A DNA stretch of 64,000 bases from Candidatus Latescibacterota bacterium (GCA_963667175.2 CAXXXF010000003.1:416001-480000); one strand, 5' to 3'; shown: positions 50,522-60,574, counted from the first letter of the stretch. The notes: generated by a model from the letters alone, not told the origin. Made by a program: numbers and translations.

Positions 50522-50610
50522 GCGTCAGTGCGAAATTTCCACTTGCCCTGGCACGCCAACGTATTTATTTTTTAATGCATCCAACCCCTGTTCGGAAAGG
50601 AGCCGACCCC

Positions 50611-50889
50611 ATGGATACAATGCACGAGTCCATCGAATTTCGCCCCCGGGGCCGAACGCTTGCCATGGGCGGCATCCCCTGGCTGCCGCGGATCACGGAC
50701 AAGGCCCGGGCCATGCTGCGGAACAATATCGGCGACTACGTCTACCCCTGACCCGCCGACCGGAAGTTCCTGGAGGAACTCGGCATATCGGCAGAAAAGT
50801 TCACCCGTATCGTCTCGGAGTGCAAACTGGACGAGGAAGTCATCGAACGCGTCCGCCCCTATTTCGAGAAGTCCCAAAGTCGCCGATAA
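50611..50889 (+). CDS. DUF5069-like protein with in-frame UGA (candidate selenoprotein, 92 aa)
   Basis: AAGGAG RBS, ATG 50611; MDTMHESIEFRPRGRTLAMGGIPWLPRITDKARAMLRNNIGDYVYP-UGA-PADRKFLEELGISAEKFTRIVSECKLDEEVIERVRPYFEKSQSRR-TAA; UGA at 50749-50751. Confidence 0.75.
50755..50784 (+). promoter_or_regulatory. Putative bacterial SECIS hairpin
   Basis: GCCG..AGTTCC-TGGA-GGAACT-CGGC stem-loop immediately 3' of the UGA; G-containing apical loop begins 20 nt after it. Confidence 0.6.
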
Positions 50890-50952
50890 AACAGGAAAGC
50901 CGCCACGCCGTGCGCGGCGGCTTCGCACTTTTTTCTCCTGATCGGAACGCTA

Positions 50953-51885
50953 TCACGTCCCGCGTTCCGGCAATGCCTGTCTGGCCAGCGCCCTGATCTC
51001 GCCTGACCCCATCCGAAGCAATCCGTCGATCCCGATCACGTCGGCCGCGAAAAGTTGCGGACATTCCTGGGCAGCCAGATCGTATGCTTCTTCGACGTCG
51101 TAGTTGACCCCTCTGTACCTGTAGAGTTGGCCCAGGCTATCCAACTGACCACTGCGTCTCAGTGAATTCGTCACGCCCATCTTGAAGTAATATAACTGAC
51201 GGTCTCTCCTGTCTCCCCACCTCAAGGTATCCGGCTCCGGGACATCCGCCATCGATCGGTCGAGTTCCGCCTGAAAGGCGTCGATCTGGCCGTCGACCAT
51301 CTCCAGCAGCCCCCGGAGGACTTCTCTGCGAGCGGCCTCTCTCTCGTCCTGAAGCATGTCCTGAAGTACCAGCGCTGCCTTTCCGTAAAACACGTAACGT
51401 TCGCGTTTCCCCTCTCCGAACAGATCCATTTCAATGGCTTCGGCCTTTCGCGCCAGGGCCTCCAGGTCAAGGGTATCGTCGCCCACGCCGGCGTAGTCGT
51501 CGTCCCCGCGCGCGACCTGAATGCCGACCAGAAAGGCCTGCTCGATAATTTGCATCATATTCTCGGCCGGATCGAATATCCGCAACTTCCCGGACTCTTT
51601 TCTTTCCGTGCGTACCGGGTCGGCGCCGGGCATGAACCCCCGTCCGACCAGTACCTGCTCAGCTTCTATTCCCATGCGGCCCAGCAGTTCACGGAGCACG
51701 CCGCTCAACGTCGGTTGCCCCGCAGCCGGCAGGAATTCCCCCCGGTCTTCCACGACGAGGTCCGCCATCTCGGCCGCCAGCGTTTCGTCTCCCTCGGAAT
51801 CGCCATTCCTTCGCGTGTCCCGTGCGCGCGTCAGACGGAAGACAATCACGAATATCAACAGGACAGCCACGACGACGTAGACCAT
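50953..51885 (-). CDS. Hypothetical protein with N-terminal membrane anchor
   Basis: 310-aa ORF beginning MVYVVVAVLLIFVIVF; GGGAG RBS; no recognised domain. Confidence 0.65.
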   Translation of the reverse strand: MVYVVVAVLLIFVIVFRLTRARDTRRNGDSEGDETLAAEMADLVVEDRGEFLPAAGQPTLSGVLRELLGRMGIEAEQVLVGRGFMPGADPVRTERKESGKLRIFDPAENMMQIIEQAFLVGIQVARGDDDYAGVGDDTLDLEALARKAEAIEMDLFGEGKRERYVFYGKAALVLQDMLQDEREAARREVLRGLLEMVDGQIDAFQAELDRSMADVPEPDTLRWGDRRDRQLYYFKMGVTNSLRRSGQLDSLGQLYRYRGVNYDVEEAYDLAAQECPQLFAADVIGIDGLLRMGSGEIRALARQALPERGT

Positions 51886-51903
51886 GTAAAGCGTACTCCC
51901 GTC

Positions 51904-52031
51904 CTAGCAGCCCGTTGAAAAAGCCCATCCGGGCTGCCTGCCTGTGCGTTCGCACGCAGACAGGCGCGTCTTGTCTTCGGCCACAATGACTCGGCCTCGC
52001 CTGCAGAGCGACTTTTTCAACGGACTGCTAG
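51904..52031. mobile_element. MITE with TAGCAG.CCGTTGAAAAA termini (copy 2, inverted)
   Basis: CTAGCAGCCCGTTGAAAAAG...CTTTTTCAACGGACTGCTAG; CTAG at both ends; shares body with 19297-19481. Confidence 0.82.
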
Positions 52032-53725
52032 GCGCGGAACAATTCTCCCATGCGCCGACCCAGGAACCGTCCGGCCAGAAAGAGGCTGAGCATGAGAAGC
52101 AGCATACCCAGCATGCCCATTGCGCTGGCAATGTACGGACCATCCGCAATTCTGCCCATCAGCGCGTAGATTGCTTTGGTGATCGGGTAATATTGCGCCT
52201 TCAACGCAAGGATCAGACTGTCGCTGACCTCCAGCATGGCGAAAGAAAAACAGAGAATAGACCCTGCGACCAGATTCGCCAGAATAAGGGGGAACGTAAT
52301 CTGCAACGTTGTCCGCAGGGGTGAGGCGCCCACGTTCCGGGCGGCCTCCTCGAGGGCGACGCTGGTTTGCTGGAATCCGGCGTAGGCCGATCTGACCATG
52401 TATGGCAGCCGTCGCACCGCGTATGCGATGACAAGCAACGGAACCGGATTGTGTCTCGCGTCCAGAAAGGTCCCGGAAAACCCGGCCAGATATCCGAACG
52501 CCAGCACCGGGCCCGGAAGGGCCAGGGGCAGCATTGCTACCGTATCCAGCGCGCCCCTGCCGGGGATCCGGGTCCGGGCAAGCAGCCATGCAATGGCGAT
52601 GCCAAGTACCACGTCGCAGATTGTGCTGAGTGTACTCAACATCAGGCTCATTGTGACGCTGGGGCCGGCAATCGGATGCCGATATACCAGCGGGTAGTAT
52701 TTGCCGGTAATCTCCTGGGGCCAGATCGACATGAACCAGCGTTCGGAGATCGAGGTCAGCAAGACACTCAGGTGAGGGATCAGCGCCATGGCCGTCAACG
52801 AAATCATGAGTGCATAGATGAACGCGGTCATCCTGGTTGATGCCCGGCGGCTCGCGGATCCAACGTGTCCACGCGCCCCCATTTCGTACCGCTTTCCGCC
52901 CAACAAGAGTTTGGAAAGGCAGAAAAACAGCAAGGTCAGCAAGAGCAGGAATACCACGAGCGCGTACGCCATGGGGTTTTCGTTGATATCCGATATTGCA
53001 TTGAATATCTCAACCATAACCACCTGACGGTAGTTGAAAATCAGCGGTGTTCCCAGGTCCGTAAACGCCCAGATGAAGACAATGATCGCGCCGGCGAAAT
53101 ATCCGGGCAACATCAGCGGAAACGTAACGGTTCGAAACAGCCTGAAACCGCGGGCGCCCATATTGCGGGCGGCCTCCTCGAGGCTGGGGTCGATATTCGC
53201 CAGCGCCGCCGCCACGTTCAGGAACATAATGGGATAGAGGTGCAACACCTGCAGAATGACGACACCCGCAAAGCCGCCCCCGAACCAATCGACCGGTTGG
53301 TCGATGATTCCCAGTTCGAGCAACAACAGATTGATGGATCCGAATCGGGCGAACATTTGCTTCATCCCGATCGCGCCCACGAATGGCGGCAGGACCATGG
53401 GCACCAGGATCAGACCGTTGAGGACGTTCTTTCCCCTGAAGTCGTACCGTACCAACAGGAACGCGACAGGCAGGCTCAGGAGTGTCGTTGCAACCGTCGT
53501 GAACATGCCCAGGCGAAAACTGTTCAGGATCATTTCTATATAAATCGGATTGCTTGCCATCAGCTCGAAAAATACGAGCGAGGGTTCTCCATTTACCCAC
53601 AGGGCACGCACAACGGCATACCAGAGCGGATAGAACAGGAAGCAGAGGAAAAAGGCAAACAATCCCGCGAGAAACAGGAACCTGGGGCCGTTCAGGTCGT
53701 ATCGATCAAGAAGCGCTGTCTTCAC
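52028..53725 (-). CDS. Fe(III)/polyamine-type ABC importer permease (FbpB-like, two TM domains)
   Basis: Two EAA motifs (LEEAARNMGA, LEEAARNVGA), LPPFVGA, DLGTPL. Confidence 0.9.
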   Translation of the reverse strand: MKTALLDRYDLNGPRFLFLAGLFAFFLCFLFYPLWYAVVRALWVNGEPSLVFFELMASNPIYIEMILNSFRLGMFTTVATTLLSLPVAFLLVRYDFRGKNVLNGLILVPMVLPPFVGAIGMKQMFARFGSINLLLLELGIIDQPVDWFGGGFAGVVILQVLHLYPIMFLNVAAALANIDPSLEEAARNMGARGFRLFRTVTFPLMLPGYFAGAIIVFIWAFTDLGTPLIFNYRQVVMVEIFNAISDINENPMAYALVVFLLLLTLLFFCLSKLLLGGKRYEMGARGHVGSASRRASTRMTAFIYALMISLTAMALIPHLSVLLTSISERWFMSIWPQEITGKYYPLVYRHPIAGPSVTMSLMLSTLSTICDVVLGIAIAWLLARTRIPGRGALDTVAMLPLALPGPVLAFGYLAGFSGTFLDARHNPVPLLVIAYAVRRLPYMVRSAYAGFQQTSVALEEAARNVGASPLRTTLQITFPLILANLVAGSILCFSFAMLEVSDSLILALKAQYYPITKAIYALMGRIADGPYIASAMGMLGMLLLMLSLFLAGRFLGRRMGELFRA

Positions 53726-54797
53726 CGTCGTCCTTCAGAATTGCAATCGCGTCCTGGGCGAACCGGATCCTTACGCGATCGTCAGGAAACGCTTTCTGAA
53801 CCAGCGGATGGCGGTCGACCAGTTTCACCTGTGTCCCGTCGGGCAGGTCCAGAACGTACTGTTCCGTCTCGCCCAGATAGACCGTATTCCGGATCGTTCC
53901 GGTGACGACGTGGTCTGTCTCGCCCGGCCGGCCTTCGAGGAAATCCATGGCTTCGGGACGGATGGCGCATAACACGCGGTCGTCTTTCCGGATGCCGTCG
54001 TAACCCGGCCGGCCATACAGCATTCCGACGGACGTCTCCACCCCGATCTTCTCGCCCAACTGAACGGCCCTTCCCGAAATCAGATTGATTTCGCCGATGA
54101 AATCCGCGACAAACCGGTTGACCGGCTGTGAATACAATGTCCTTGGCGCCCCCGACTGAACCACGCGTCCCGCCTTCATCACCGCGACACGCCCGGCCAT
54201 CGCAAGCGCCTCTTTCTGATCATGCGTCACGTAAATCATGGTAACGCCGAGGCTTCGATGGAGCGCCTGGATCTGCTCACGCATCTCCAGCCGCAGACGG
54301 GCGTCGAGATTGGAGAGCGGTTCGTCCAGCAGAACCACGTCGGGTTCGATTACCAGGGCCCTTGCCAGCGCCACCCGCTGCTGCTGTCCGCCCGACAACT
54401 GGTTCGGGGACCGGTCCCGGTAGGCTTCCATCCGGACCATCTGCAACGCCCGATGGATCCGTTCAGTGCGTTCTTCATGTGTAACGTTGCGCAAGGAAAG
54501 GCCGTACTCCACGTTTTGCCAGACGGTCATATGCGGCCACAGGGCGTAGTTCTGAAAGACCATTCCCGTGTTGCGCTTTTCCGGCGGTACGTCAGTTACG
54601 TCCCGATCGTCAAAAAACACGCGGCCGCGTTCCGGCTTGTAGAATCCGGCGATCGTTCTCAACAGCGTGGTCTTGCCGCATCCGGAGGGCCCCAGCAGGA
54701 AGAAGAATTCGCCTCTTTCGATTTCCAGATCGACGCGCTCAACCGCTGCAACGCTGCCGAATTCCTTTGTGACGTCCATCAGACGAACACGCACCAT
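53706..54797 (-). CDS. ABC importer ATP-binding protein (FbpC/PotA-like)
   Basis: [35 protein letters not shown]-like C-terminus. Confidence 0.92.
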   Translation of the reverse strand: MVRVRLMDVTKEFGSVAAVERVDLEIERGEFFFLLGPSGCGKTTLLRTIAGFYKPERGRVFFDDRDVTDVPPEKRNTGMVFQNYALWPHMTVWQNVEYGLSLRNVTHEERTERIHRALQMVRMEAYRDRSPNQLSGGQQQRVALARALVIEPDVVLLDEPLSNLDARLRLEMREQIQALHRSLGVTMIYVTHDQKEALAMAGRVAVMKAGRVVQSGAPRTLYSQPVNRFVADFIGEINLISGRAVQLGEKIGVETSVGMLYGRPGYDGIRKDDRVLCAIRPEAMDFLEGRPGETDHVVTGTIRNTVYLGETEQYVLDLPDGTQVKLVDRHPLVQKAFPDDRVRIRFAQDAIAILKDDGEDSAS

Positions 54798-54838
54798 GGA
54801 TCGGCCTCAAGTCAGGGATTCAAGGACACCGGGAGGAA

Positions 54839-56287
54839 TCACGACGCCCGCTTTCGCGAGAACGAAGTACCCCGTCCGACCGTTCGTGGCGAGAAATTGG
54901 CCAGGTGGAGCGCCATGGCGACCGCGAGGCCCAGCGGGAACAGGAGTGTCACCCAATCCAGAAGACGCGTTTGGAACGGTGGGAGGGCGTCGCCGTATTT
55001 GTCGCGGGCGAACTCGGTCCAGGACGCAAGGGTCTTGTTGCGCAGTTCCGAGTCCCGCCAGCGAGCGCCCAGCCGGACGCAGGCGTCCTCGCTGACCGGT
55101 ACCGCAGAAAGCCGGCGAACAATCCCCGGAGTCATGCCGTGTCCGATCGCCGTTCTCCAGGCGTCTTGCAGTTGTTCGTGGGAATCGATCACCATAGCCC
55201 CGATCAGGTCGTTCAGCACGCGCCACCGTGCGGACGCCTTTTCGGAGTCATAGACGAGATCCGACGTCCACTCGAACGGGTTCAATGAAACGGCCGCTTC
55301 GTCGGTATACCGTCGGTAAAGATCGGGCAAGACCGTAAACCGGTTCAACGCGGTTTCCACGGGGCCCCCCGGTACGCCTTTCTTCAGAAACCATAATTTC
55401 TGTCCCGCATCCGACATGACAAATTCGATGAATATCCGCGCCGAATGCAGGTTGGGCGCGCCTTTCAGGATCGCGACCCCGTCGGGATTGACGATGGTCA
55501 GATTGTCGGGCATCGTGAATCCGATATTTTCCGGTCCCACCTGGCTGACCTGGGCCCAGGCATAGAAGTCGATGGACAGACCGTAGGCCACTTCGCCGGC
55601 GGCGACGTCCTTAGGCGCCTGGGCGCCACCCGAGGCGAAGTTGCGGACGTTGGCGCCCAGTGTGGTGATGACCTCCCATCCCCGCTCCCAACCGTATGCC
55701 TGCAGGATCAACTCATAAGCCATATGTACGCTTCCGCTGCTCCGAGGATCGCCCGACCCGACCCACGAATACAACGCCGGATCTCCCAGGTCGGCCCAGG
55801 TTCGCGGCAGCGGCAGACCCAAAAGATCGAGTACCGCACGGTTGTAGACAATGCCGAAACCCGCCAGGGTGGCGCCGTACCAGCGGCAATCGGGATCGTA
55901 AAGAGGCACGCCGCCGATTTTTGCGGGCAGACGATTCAGTAGAACGTCCGGAAGGCGATGGGCCGAGAATAAGCCCGTGTCGGCAAGTTCCATAAACGGA
56001 TCCATGCCGCCGCCGAAAAAGACATCGATTCCGACGCCTGCCGGGGCGCGACCGAACTCCGACTTGATATATTTCAGTATCGAGCTGGTGCCGCCACCGA
56101 CGTCCAGCCATTCCAGGACGATCTCCCGTCCGGTCAGCCTGACATAATGCGACTTGAAAGCCGCCTCGAATTCGTTCTGGACGCCGTCCGGATGCGGCGA
56201 GATCAGCACCAGCCGGTCCATCGCGGCCGTCGTGGCGACGGGATTGAGGGTACAGAAGAAAAACAACGGTAGGAGTCGGATCTTCAC
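54839..56287 (-). CDS. ABC importer substrate-binding protein (Fe/thiamine-like cluster)
   Basis: LVLISPH, DVFFGGG, GIVYN, WADL, GDPRSSGS, IVNPDGVAILKGAPN; hydrophobic C-terminal tail. Confidence 0.85.
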   Translation of the reverse strand: MKIRLLPLFFFCTLNPVATTAAMDRLVLISPHPDGVQNEFEAAFKSHYVRLTGREIVLEWLDVGGGTSSILKYIKSEFGRAPAGVGIDVFFGGGMDPFMELADTGLFSAHRLPDVLLNRLPAKIGGVPLYDPDCRWYGATLAGFGIVYNRAVLDLLGLPLPRTWADLGDPALYSWVGSGDPRSSGSVHMAYELILQAYGWERGWEVITTLGANVRNFASGGAQAPKDVAAGEVAYGLSIDFYAWAQVSQVGPENIGFTMPDNLTIVNPDGVAILKGAPNLHSARIFIEFVMSDAGQKLWFLKKGVPGGPVETALNRFTVLPDLYRRYTDEAAVSLNPFEWTSDLVYDSEKASARWRVLNDLIGAMVIDSHEQLQDAWRTAIGHGMTPGIVRRLSAVPVSEDACVRLGARWRDSELRNKTLASWTEFARDKYGDALPPFQTRLLDWVTLLFPLGLAVAMALHLANFSPRTVGRGTSFSRKRAS

Positions 56288-56345
56288 GGCTGTCCCATCG
56301 GTCTCGACGCAATCGTTGGTTTTTTGTACCGCTGTTGCGGTCGGA

Positions 56346-56374
56346 ATGGTACCGCAGCCCCCCAACCATGTCAA
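56346..56374 (-). promoter_or_regulatory. Sigma70-type promoter for the ABC importer
   Basis: TTGACA-17 bp-TACCAT. Confidence 0.6.
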
Positions 56375-56466
56375 TTTCTTTTTCCGGTCTTTCGGCGGCG
56401 CCCACAACAAAAAACGTCCCAATCCACAGGACTGAGACGCATGCGTCGGGCGTTGCGACAGGCGAA

Positions 56467-57657
56467 TCACGGGCCGATATCCTCAACGCTTCCGATCTTG
56501 TTTCCCGTAGGATCGCTAAACCAGATTCTGCCGAGCCGATCAACGGTCAGCCGTCCGACGCCTGAGACCGAAGACGGCAGTTCAAGAATCCGGATGCTGG
56601 AAGCCTCGGGATCGAATCGGGCGATATATCCTGACTGATCACCAGCGTACCAGATTCGGCCGTTCGTGTCCGCGGCCAGCGAGGTTGGATCGGGCCCGTC
56701 TTCAGGCAGCAAGTAGCTCACGAAATCTCCCGTCGCCAGCAGGTCCCACATGTGCAGCTGGAAAGACTCCGTGGAAAACCAGATCTGCCCGCCGGCATGC
56801 AGTACGAACTGCCGTACGGTCAGGTCCTTCGCGGGTACCGCGATCTCCACGATCTCCTTCGTTTCCGGGTTCATCCGGCCGAATTTTCCCGCGGCTCGTT
56901 CCACAAATACCAGCACGCCGTCACTATCGGTAAGTATCTCGTCCAGCCCCGCGGAGGGGGTGAACACGGGATACTCATCGAACGTACTGCGATTGGGATC
57001 GAAACGGCCAATCTGGTTACCGGATTCCTGCGTGAACCAGAGATATCCCTTTCGGTCGAAGACGAGACCGCTGGGTCGGCTTCCCGGCGTGGGTACGGAA
57101 TACATCCGGATCTCCTGGGAAATCGGGTCGAGGCGCCCGATCGCGTTTGCAACGACGTCCGTGAACCAGACAATCCCGCGGCCGTCAACAACCAGCCGCG
57201 TGGGTCGCCCGCCGGGGGTCGGTAACGGATATTCGACGAACGTCTCGGTTGACGGATCGAACCGGCCGATCTGGTTGGCGCCCGTCTGCGCGAACCAGAT
57301 GCGGCCCAGGGCATCCACTACAATATCCCCGGGCTGGCTGCCCAGCGTCGGTACAGCGTAGACGTCCACGGACCCTACAACGTCGTCCTGTTCCACGTGA
57401 GAATGCGTCACCGTATGCTGGGCTCTGTCGTAAAGGCGCGCGAAGATCAGAAAATCCTGAAGATCGACGGCGTCGTCGCCGTTCAGGTCGAAGCGTGTAT
57501 CTTCGGTCCCGAATGCCTGAGCCAGAAGGATGAAATCCCCGAAGTCGATCACGTCGTTTTCGTCGAAATCGATGTCGGTTGTGGTCTGCGCGAACACGGT
57601 CGACAAGAGGATACCGACCAGGAGTGTCCAGACCGCTACTCTTGAAGGAATATTCAT
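56467..57657 (-). CDS. Secreted Vgb (virginiamycin B lyase)-like beta-propeller with N-terminal dockerin/EF-hand module
   Basis: Signal peptide; DFDENDVIDFGDF...DLNGDDAVDLQDF; repeated GRIWF...NQIGRFDP...EYP.PT blades. Confidence 0.8.
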   Translation of the reverse strand: MNIPSRVAVWTLLVGILLSTVFAQTTTDIDFDENDVIDFGDFILLAQAFGTEDTRFDLNGDDAVDLQDFLIFARLYDRAQHTVTHSHVEQDDVVGSVDVYAVPTLGSQPGDIVVDALGRIWFAQTGANQIGRFDPSTETFVEYPLPTPGGRPTRLVVDGRGIVWFTDVVANAIGRLDPISQEIRMYSVPTPGSRPSGLVFDRKGYLWFTQESGNQIGRFDPNRSTFDEYPVFTPSAGLDEILTDSDGVLVFVERAAGKFGRMNPETKEIVEIAVPAKDLTVRQFVLHAGGQIWFSTESFQLHMWDLLATGDFVSYLLPEDGPDPTSLAADTNGRIWYAGDQSGYIARFDPEASSIRILELPSSVSGVGRLTVDRLGRIWFSDPTGNKIGSVEDIGP

Positions 57658-57703
57658 ATCTCTCGATCGCAGTCGTAATTGCGTCAATTGAACGACAAGC
57701 GGT

Positions 57704-59185
57704 TCAACCTGTTTCGATTCCCGTGCGGGCAAGTTCAAATATGGCCCTGGCAGCTTCCAGGCGCAGGCCCGGTTCCGCGTCCGTCAGGAACCGGCGAAGC
57801 GTCGCCAACTGATTCAGGTCGCGCGACGTCGCCAATCCTCTCAACGCGGCAGCCTGAAGGATCGCTTCTTCGCTTTGTTCAAGGATCTCGTTCAGTGCCC
57901 TGGACGCCTGAACGTGCGAAATACTTCCAAGCGATTCAACGATCGCTTCCCGGATATCCAGCGACGCCTCCTGATGAAATGCCCCCAAAAGTGTATTGGC
58001 CGCTTCGGCGTCGTTGGTTTTGCCCAGAGCCTGCACAACGGCCCGGCGAACGGAAATATCCTCGTCTCGCGAAAGCGCATTCTTCAAAGCGGGGATCCGT
58101 CTGGCATCGCCGATGATTCCCAGAATTTCCGCGGCCCGCTTGCGAAACGGACGGTGCGCGCTCTTCAAATCGGGTTCCAGTTCCTCCGAAAGCTCAAGCC
58201 CATGACCGAGCTTCGCGAGCGACCAGGCCGCGATAAGCCGAAGCGGTTGATTCTTCGGGCTGTAAAAGGCGGACCGCAGGAGGTCCACCGCCGTTGAGTC
58301 CTGAACCCAACCCAGTCCCTCGGCGGCCAGCAGCCTGTCCATCGCGTCGTCCTCTTCCAGCAGCTGCTTCTTGAGATAGGCGCCAATTTCCGTCGCGGAC
58401 AGGCCTCCAAGCGCCTCGAAGCAGCGGATACGCAGGGACTGTTGCCAGCCTTTCTGTTTCGCCACCGTTTCGAGGTGGCCAATCGCTTCCGTCGTGCCAT
58501 ACGATTCGAGAGCTTCCAGCATGACCAGTGAAGTGGAAAGCTGTTTCGTTTCTTTCAGCGTATCGGCAACAGCGGACAAGCTTTGCAAATCTCCCAGCCG
58601 GGAGAGCGCCAATGCGGCGGAGGATCGTACGACAGGATCGGAATCTTCCCCAAATGCCCGACGCAGCGCCGGAACCGTCGACGAGTTCCCCAGTTGACCC
58701 AGTGCGGCGGCCGCTTTGGACCGGACCATGCTCATCTGACCATTCCCAAGCGTTTCCACGAGCCATGGACCCATCGTCTCGGGATTCAGACGTTCAAGCG
58801 CCGCCGCAACTTCCACTTTCACGAAAGCGCTTTCGGTTTTTTCGAACAGGCCCGTGAGTGCGTCGACGGCGCCCGGACCCTTCAGTCTTCCGAGCGCTTC
58901 GGCTGCACGAAGTACCACGATCTGATCAGGATGGTCGAGCAGAGCGAGAAACGCCGGTTGTGCATCCGCGCTGTCCAGACCGCCAAGGACCGTCACAGCC
59001 TCCGCGACCAGGGCGCCGTCCAGTTCGGCGTCGCGGACCAGGCCGAGTACCGTGTTCAACGCGTCTTTTTCGGCCCGTGCTACTTCCTGCGGGCCGACGC
59101 CGCAGCTCCATGCCCCGACGCAGACCAGAAGGATCCGCCCAACTCGGGAAACCGGCCACCCCCGCCCTTGCATTGACTCACGCAT
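57704..59185 (-). CDS. HEAT/PBS-lyase repeat lipoprotein
   Basis: Lipobox AWSC; many VRxxAAxALGxLG repeats. Confidence 0.85.
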   Translation of the reverse strand: MRESMQGRGWPVSRVGRILLVCVGAWSCGVGPQEVARAEKDALNTVLGLVRDAELDGALVAEAVTVLGGLDSADAQPAFLALLDHPDQIVVLRAAEALGRLKGPGAVDALTGLFEKTESAFVKVEVAAALERLNPETMGPWLVETLGNGQMSMVRSKAAAALGQLGNSSTVPALRRAFGEDSDPVVRSSAALALSRLGDLQSLSAVADTLKETKQLSTSLVMLEALESYGTTEAIGHLETVAKQKGWQQSLRIRCFEALGGLSATEIGAYLKKQLLEEDDAMDRLLAAEGLGWVQDSTAVDLLRSAFYSPKNQPLRLIAAWSLAKLGHGLELSEELEPDLKSAHRPFRKRAAEILGIIGDARRIPALKNALSRDEDISVRRAVVQALGKTNDAEAANTLLGAFHQEASLDIREAIVESLGSISHVQASRALNEILEQSEEAILQAAALRGLATSRDLNQLATLRRFLTDAEPGLRLEAARAIFELARTGIETG

Positions 59186-59187
59186 CC

Positions 59188-60573
59188 CTATTCGACTCCC
59201 ACCACACAGCGAAACCCGACGTCTGACCGTCTTTCGTCGGTTTCCGCCCAGGCCGCGCCAGTACATTTCGCCCGCTTTTCATCGTCCAGCCACGAACCGC
59301 CGTAGATCGCACGAAGTTTCCTCTTGTTTCCATACCATCCGTCCACCCATTCCCATACGTTGCCAACCATGTCCTTAACGCCATAAACGTTGGGGGCTCC
59401 CTTTGCCACTTCCGTTGCGCCCGCGTCCCAGCCCAGTCCGGTTCGGCCCCTGGTGGGATCGTAACGGGTGCCGTAGGAAAAAATATCACCCTTGTCGCCC
59501 ATGCATGCCACAACCCACTCCTCAGACGTAGGCAGCCTCTTGCCGAGGGAACCGCAGTAAGCCCGGGCTTGTTCGTGCGTGATGCCGGTGGCCGGCATTT
59601 GAGGGGCGCCCGAAAATTCGTCCGGGATGTAACTCGGATCGAAGGCCCTGAACGCCTCGACGCTGACTTCGTGGGGATCGATAAAGAAGGTCTTGAAAGC
59701 GGAAGTCTCGATTTTCTTCATGCCTTCGACCTTCTTGGCGAAAGCCGCTGCCACTCGCTCCGCCTCGGCCGCGCGGGCCTGTTCTTCAGCCAGTTCGGCC
59801 TCCCGAGCCGTTTTTGCCTTTGCTTCGATTTTGGCTCTCCGGGCCGCCTCTGCCGCCCTGATAGCGGCTTTGCGGCGCGCGGCTTCCCTGCGGACGCGCG
59901 CCTGAATTCTGCGCCGGGCTTCCGCCTCCGCGTCTGCCAGCCGAATCCGATCGGCGTCCGTTAGAGATCGTGCGCACCGAAATCCGTAATTCAGCGATTT
60001 CAAATCGACTTTCGCCCGTCTGGCTGAGCCGCACCGCGTCAACCTGGGACCATCCGTCCAGGAACCGCCGTAGACCTTCTGCATCCCGCGTTCCGCGCCG
60101 GCATCGTCCACCCACTCCCATACATTGCCCGACATGTCATACAGCCCCGCCTTATTCTTTCCGAAGCTCATCACCGCCCTGGGGCCGTCGGTCCAGTTCT
60201 TCCGGCCCACCCGCGCGAGGTTGGGGTCGAAGTTGTTTCCGTAGGCATAAGCCGATCCCTCGAGGCCGCCGCAGGCCACGACCCACTCGTCGGACGTCGG
60301 CAGGCGTTTGCCCTGCGCCTCGCAATACGCTTTTGCCTGCGTGAACGAGATCGCCGTGGCCGGCATCTTCGCATCCTCGAAATAGGTGTAAGCCGGGTGA
60401 TAGTCCGGATCGAACGCCTTCATCTGCTCGACCGTCACTTCGTGCCTGCTCATATAGAATCGTTCCTGCCCGGACTGCACAAGTACCATTTCATCTCCGG
60501 ACGGCTGAGCGGGAACCGCCGCCGGAATGAACCCACCCGCAACCGCTATCGCGAAACGTGCTAGCCACCGCAC
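59188..60573 (-). CDS. Secreted protein with two FGE-sulfatase (SUMF1) domains and an Ala/Glu/Arg helical linker
   Basis: Two copies of HEV.V, KRLPTS.EW..AC, DM.GNVWEWV, GGSW, GFRC. Confidence 0.88.
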   Translation of the reverse strand: MRWLARFAIAVAGGFIPAAVPAQPSGDEMVLVQSGQERFYMSRHEVTVEQMKAFDPDYHPAYTYFEDAKMPATAISFTQAKAYCEAQGKRLPTSDEWVVACGGLEGSAYAYGNNFDPNLARVGRKNWTDGPRAVMSFGKNKAGLYDMSGNVWEWVDDAGAERGMQKVYGGSWTDGPRLTRCGSARRAKVDLKSLNYGFRCARSLTDADRIRLADAEAEARRRIQARVRREAARRKAAIRAAEAARRAKIEAKAKTAREAELAEEQARAAEAERVAAAFAKKVEGMKKIETSAFKTFFIDPHEVSVEAFRAFDPSYIPDEFSGAPQMPATGITHEQARAYCGSLGKRLPTSEEWVVACMGDKGDIFSYGTRYDPTRGRTGLGWDAGATEVAKGAPNVYGVKDMVGNVWEWVDGWYGNKRKLRAIYGGSWLDDEKRAKCTGAAWAETDERRSDVGFRCVVGVE

Positions 60574-60574
60574 C

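Noticed and set aside
59188-60573. FGE-sulfatase domains as diversity-generating retroelement targets
   Set aside because: No reverse transcriptase and no adenine-variant template repeat in the window; the two domains are diverged at all base types.
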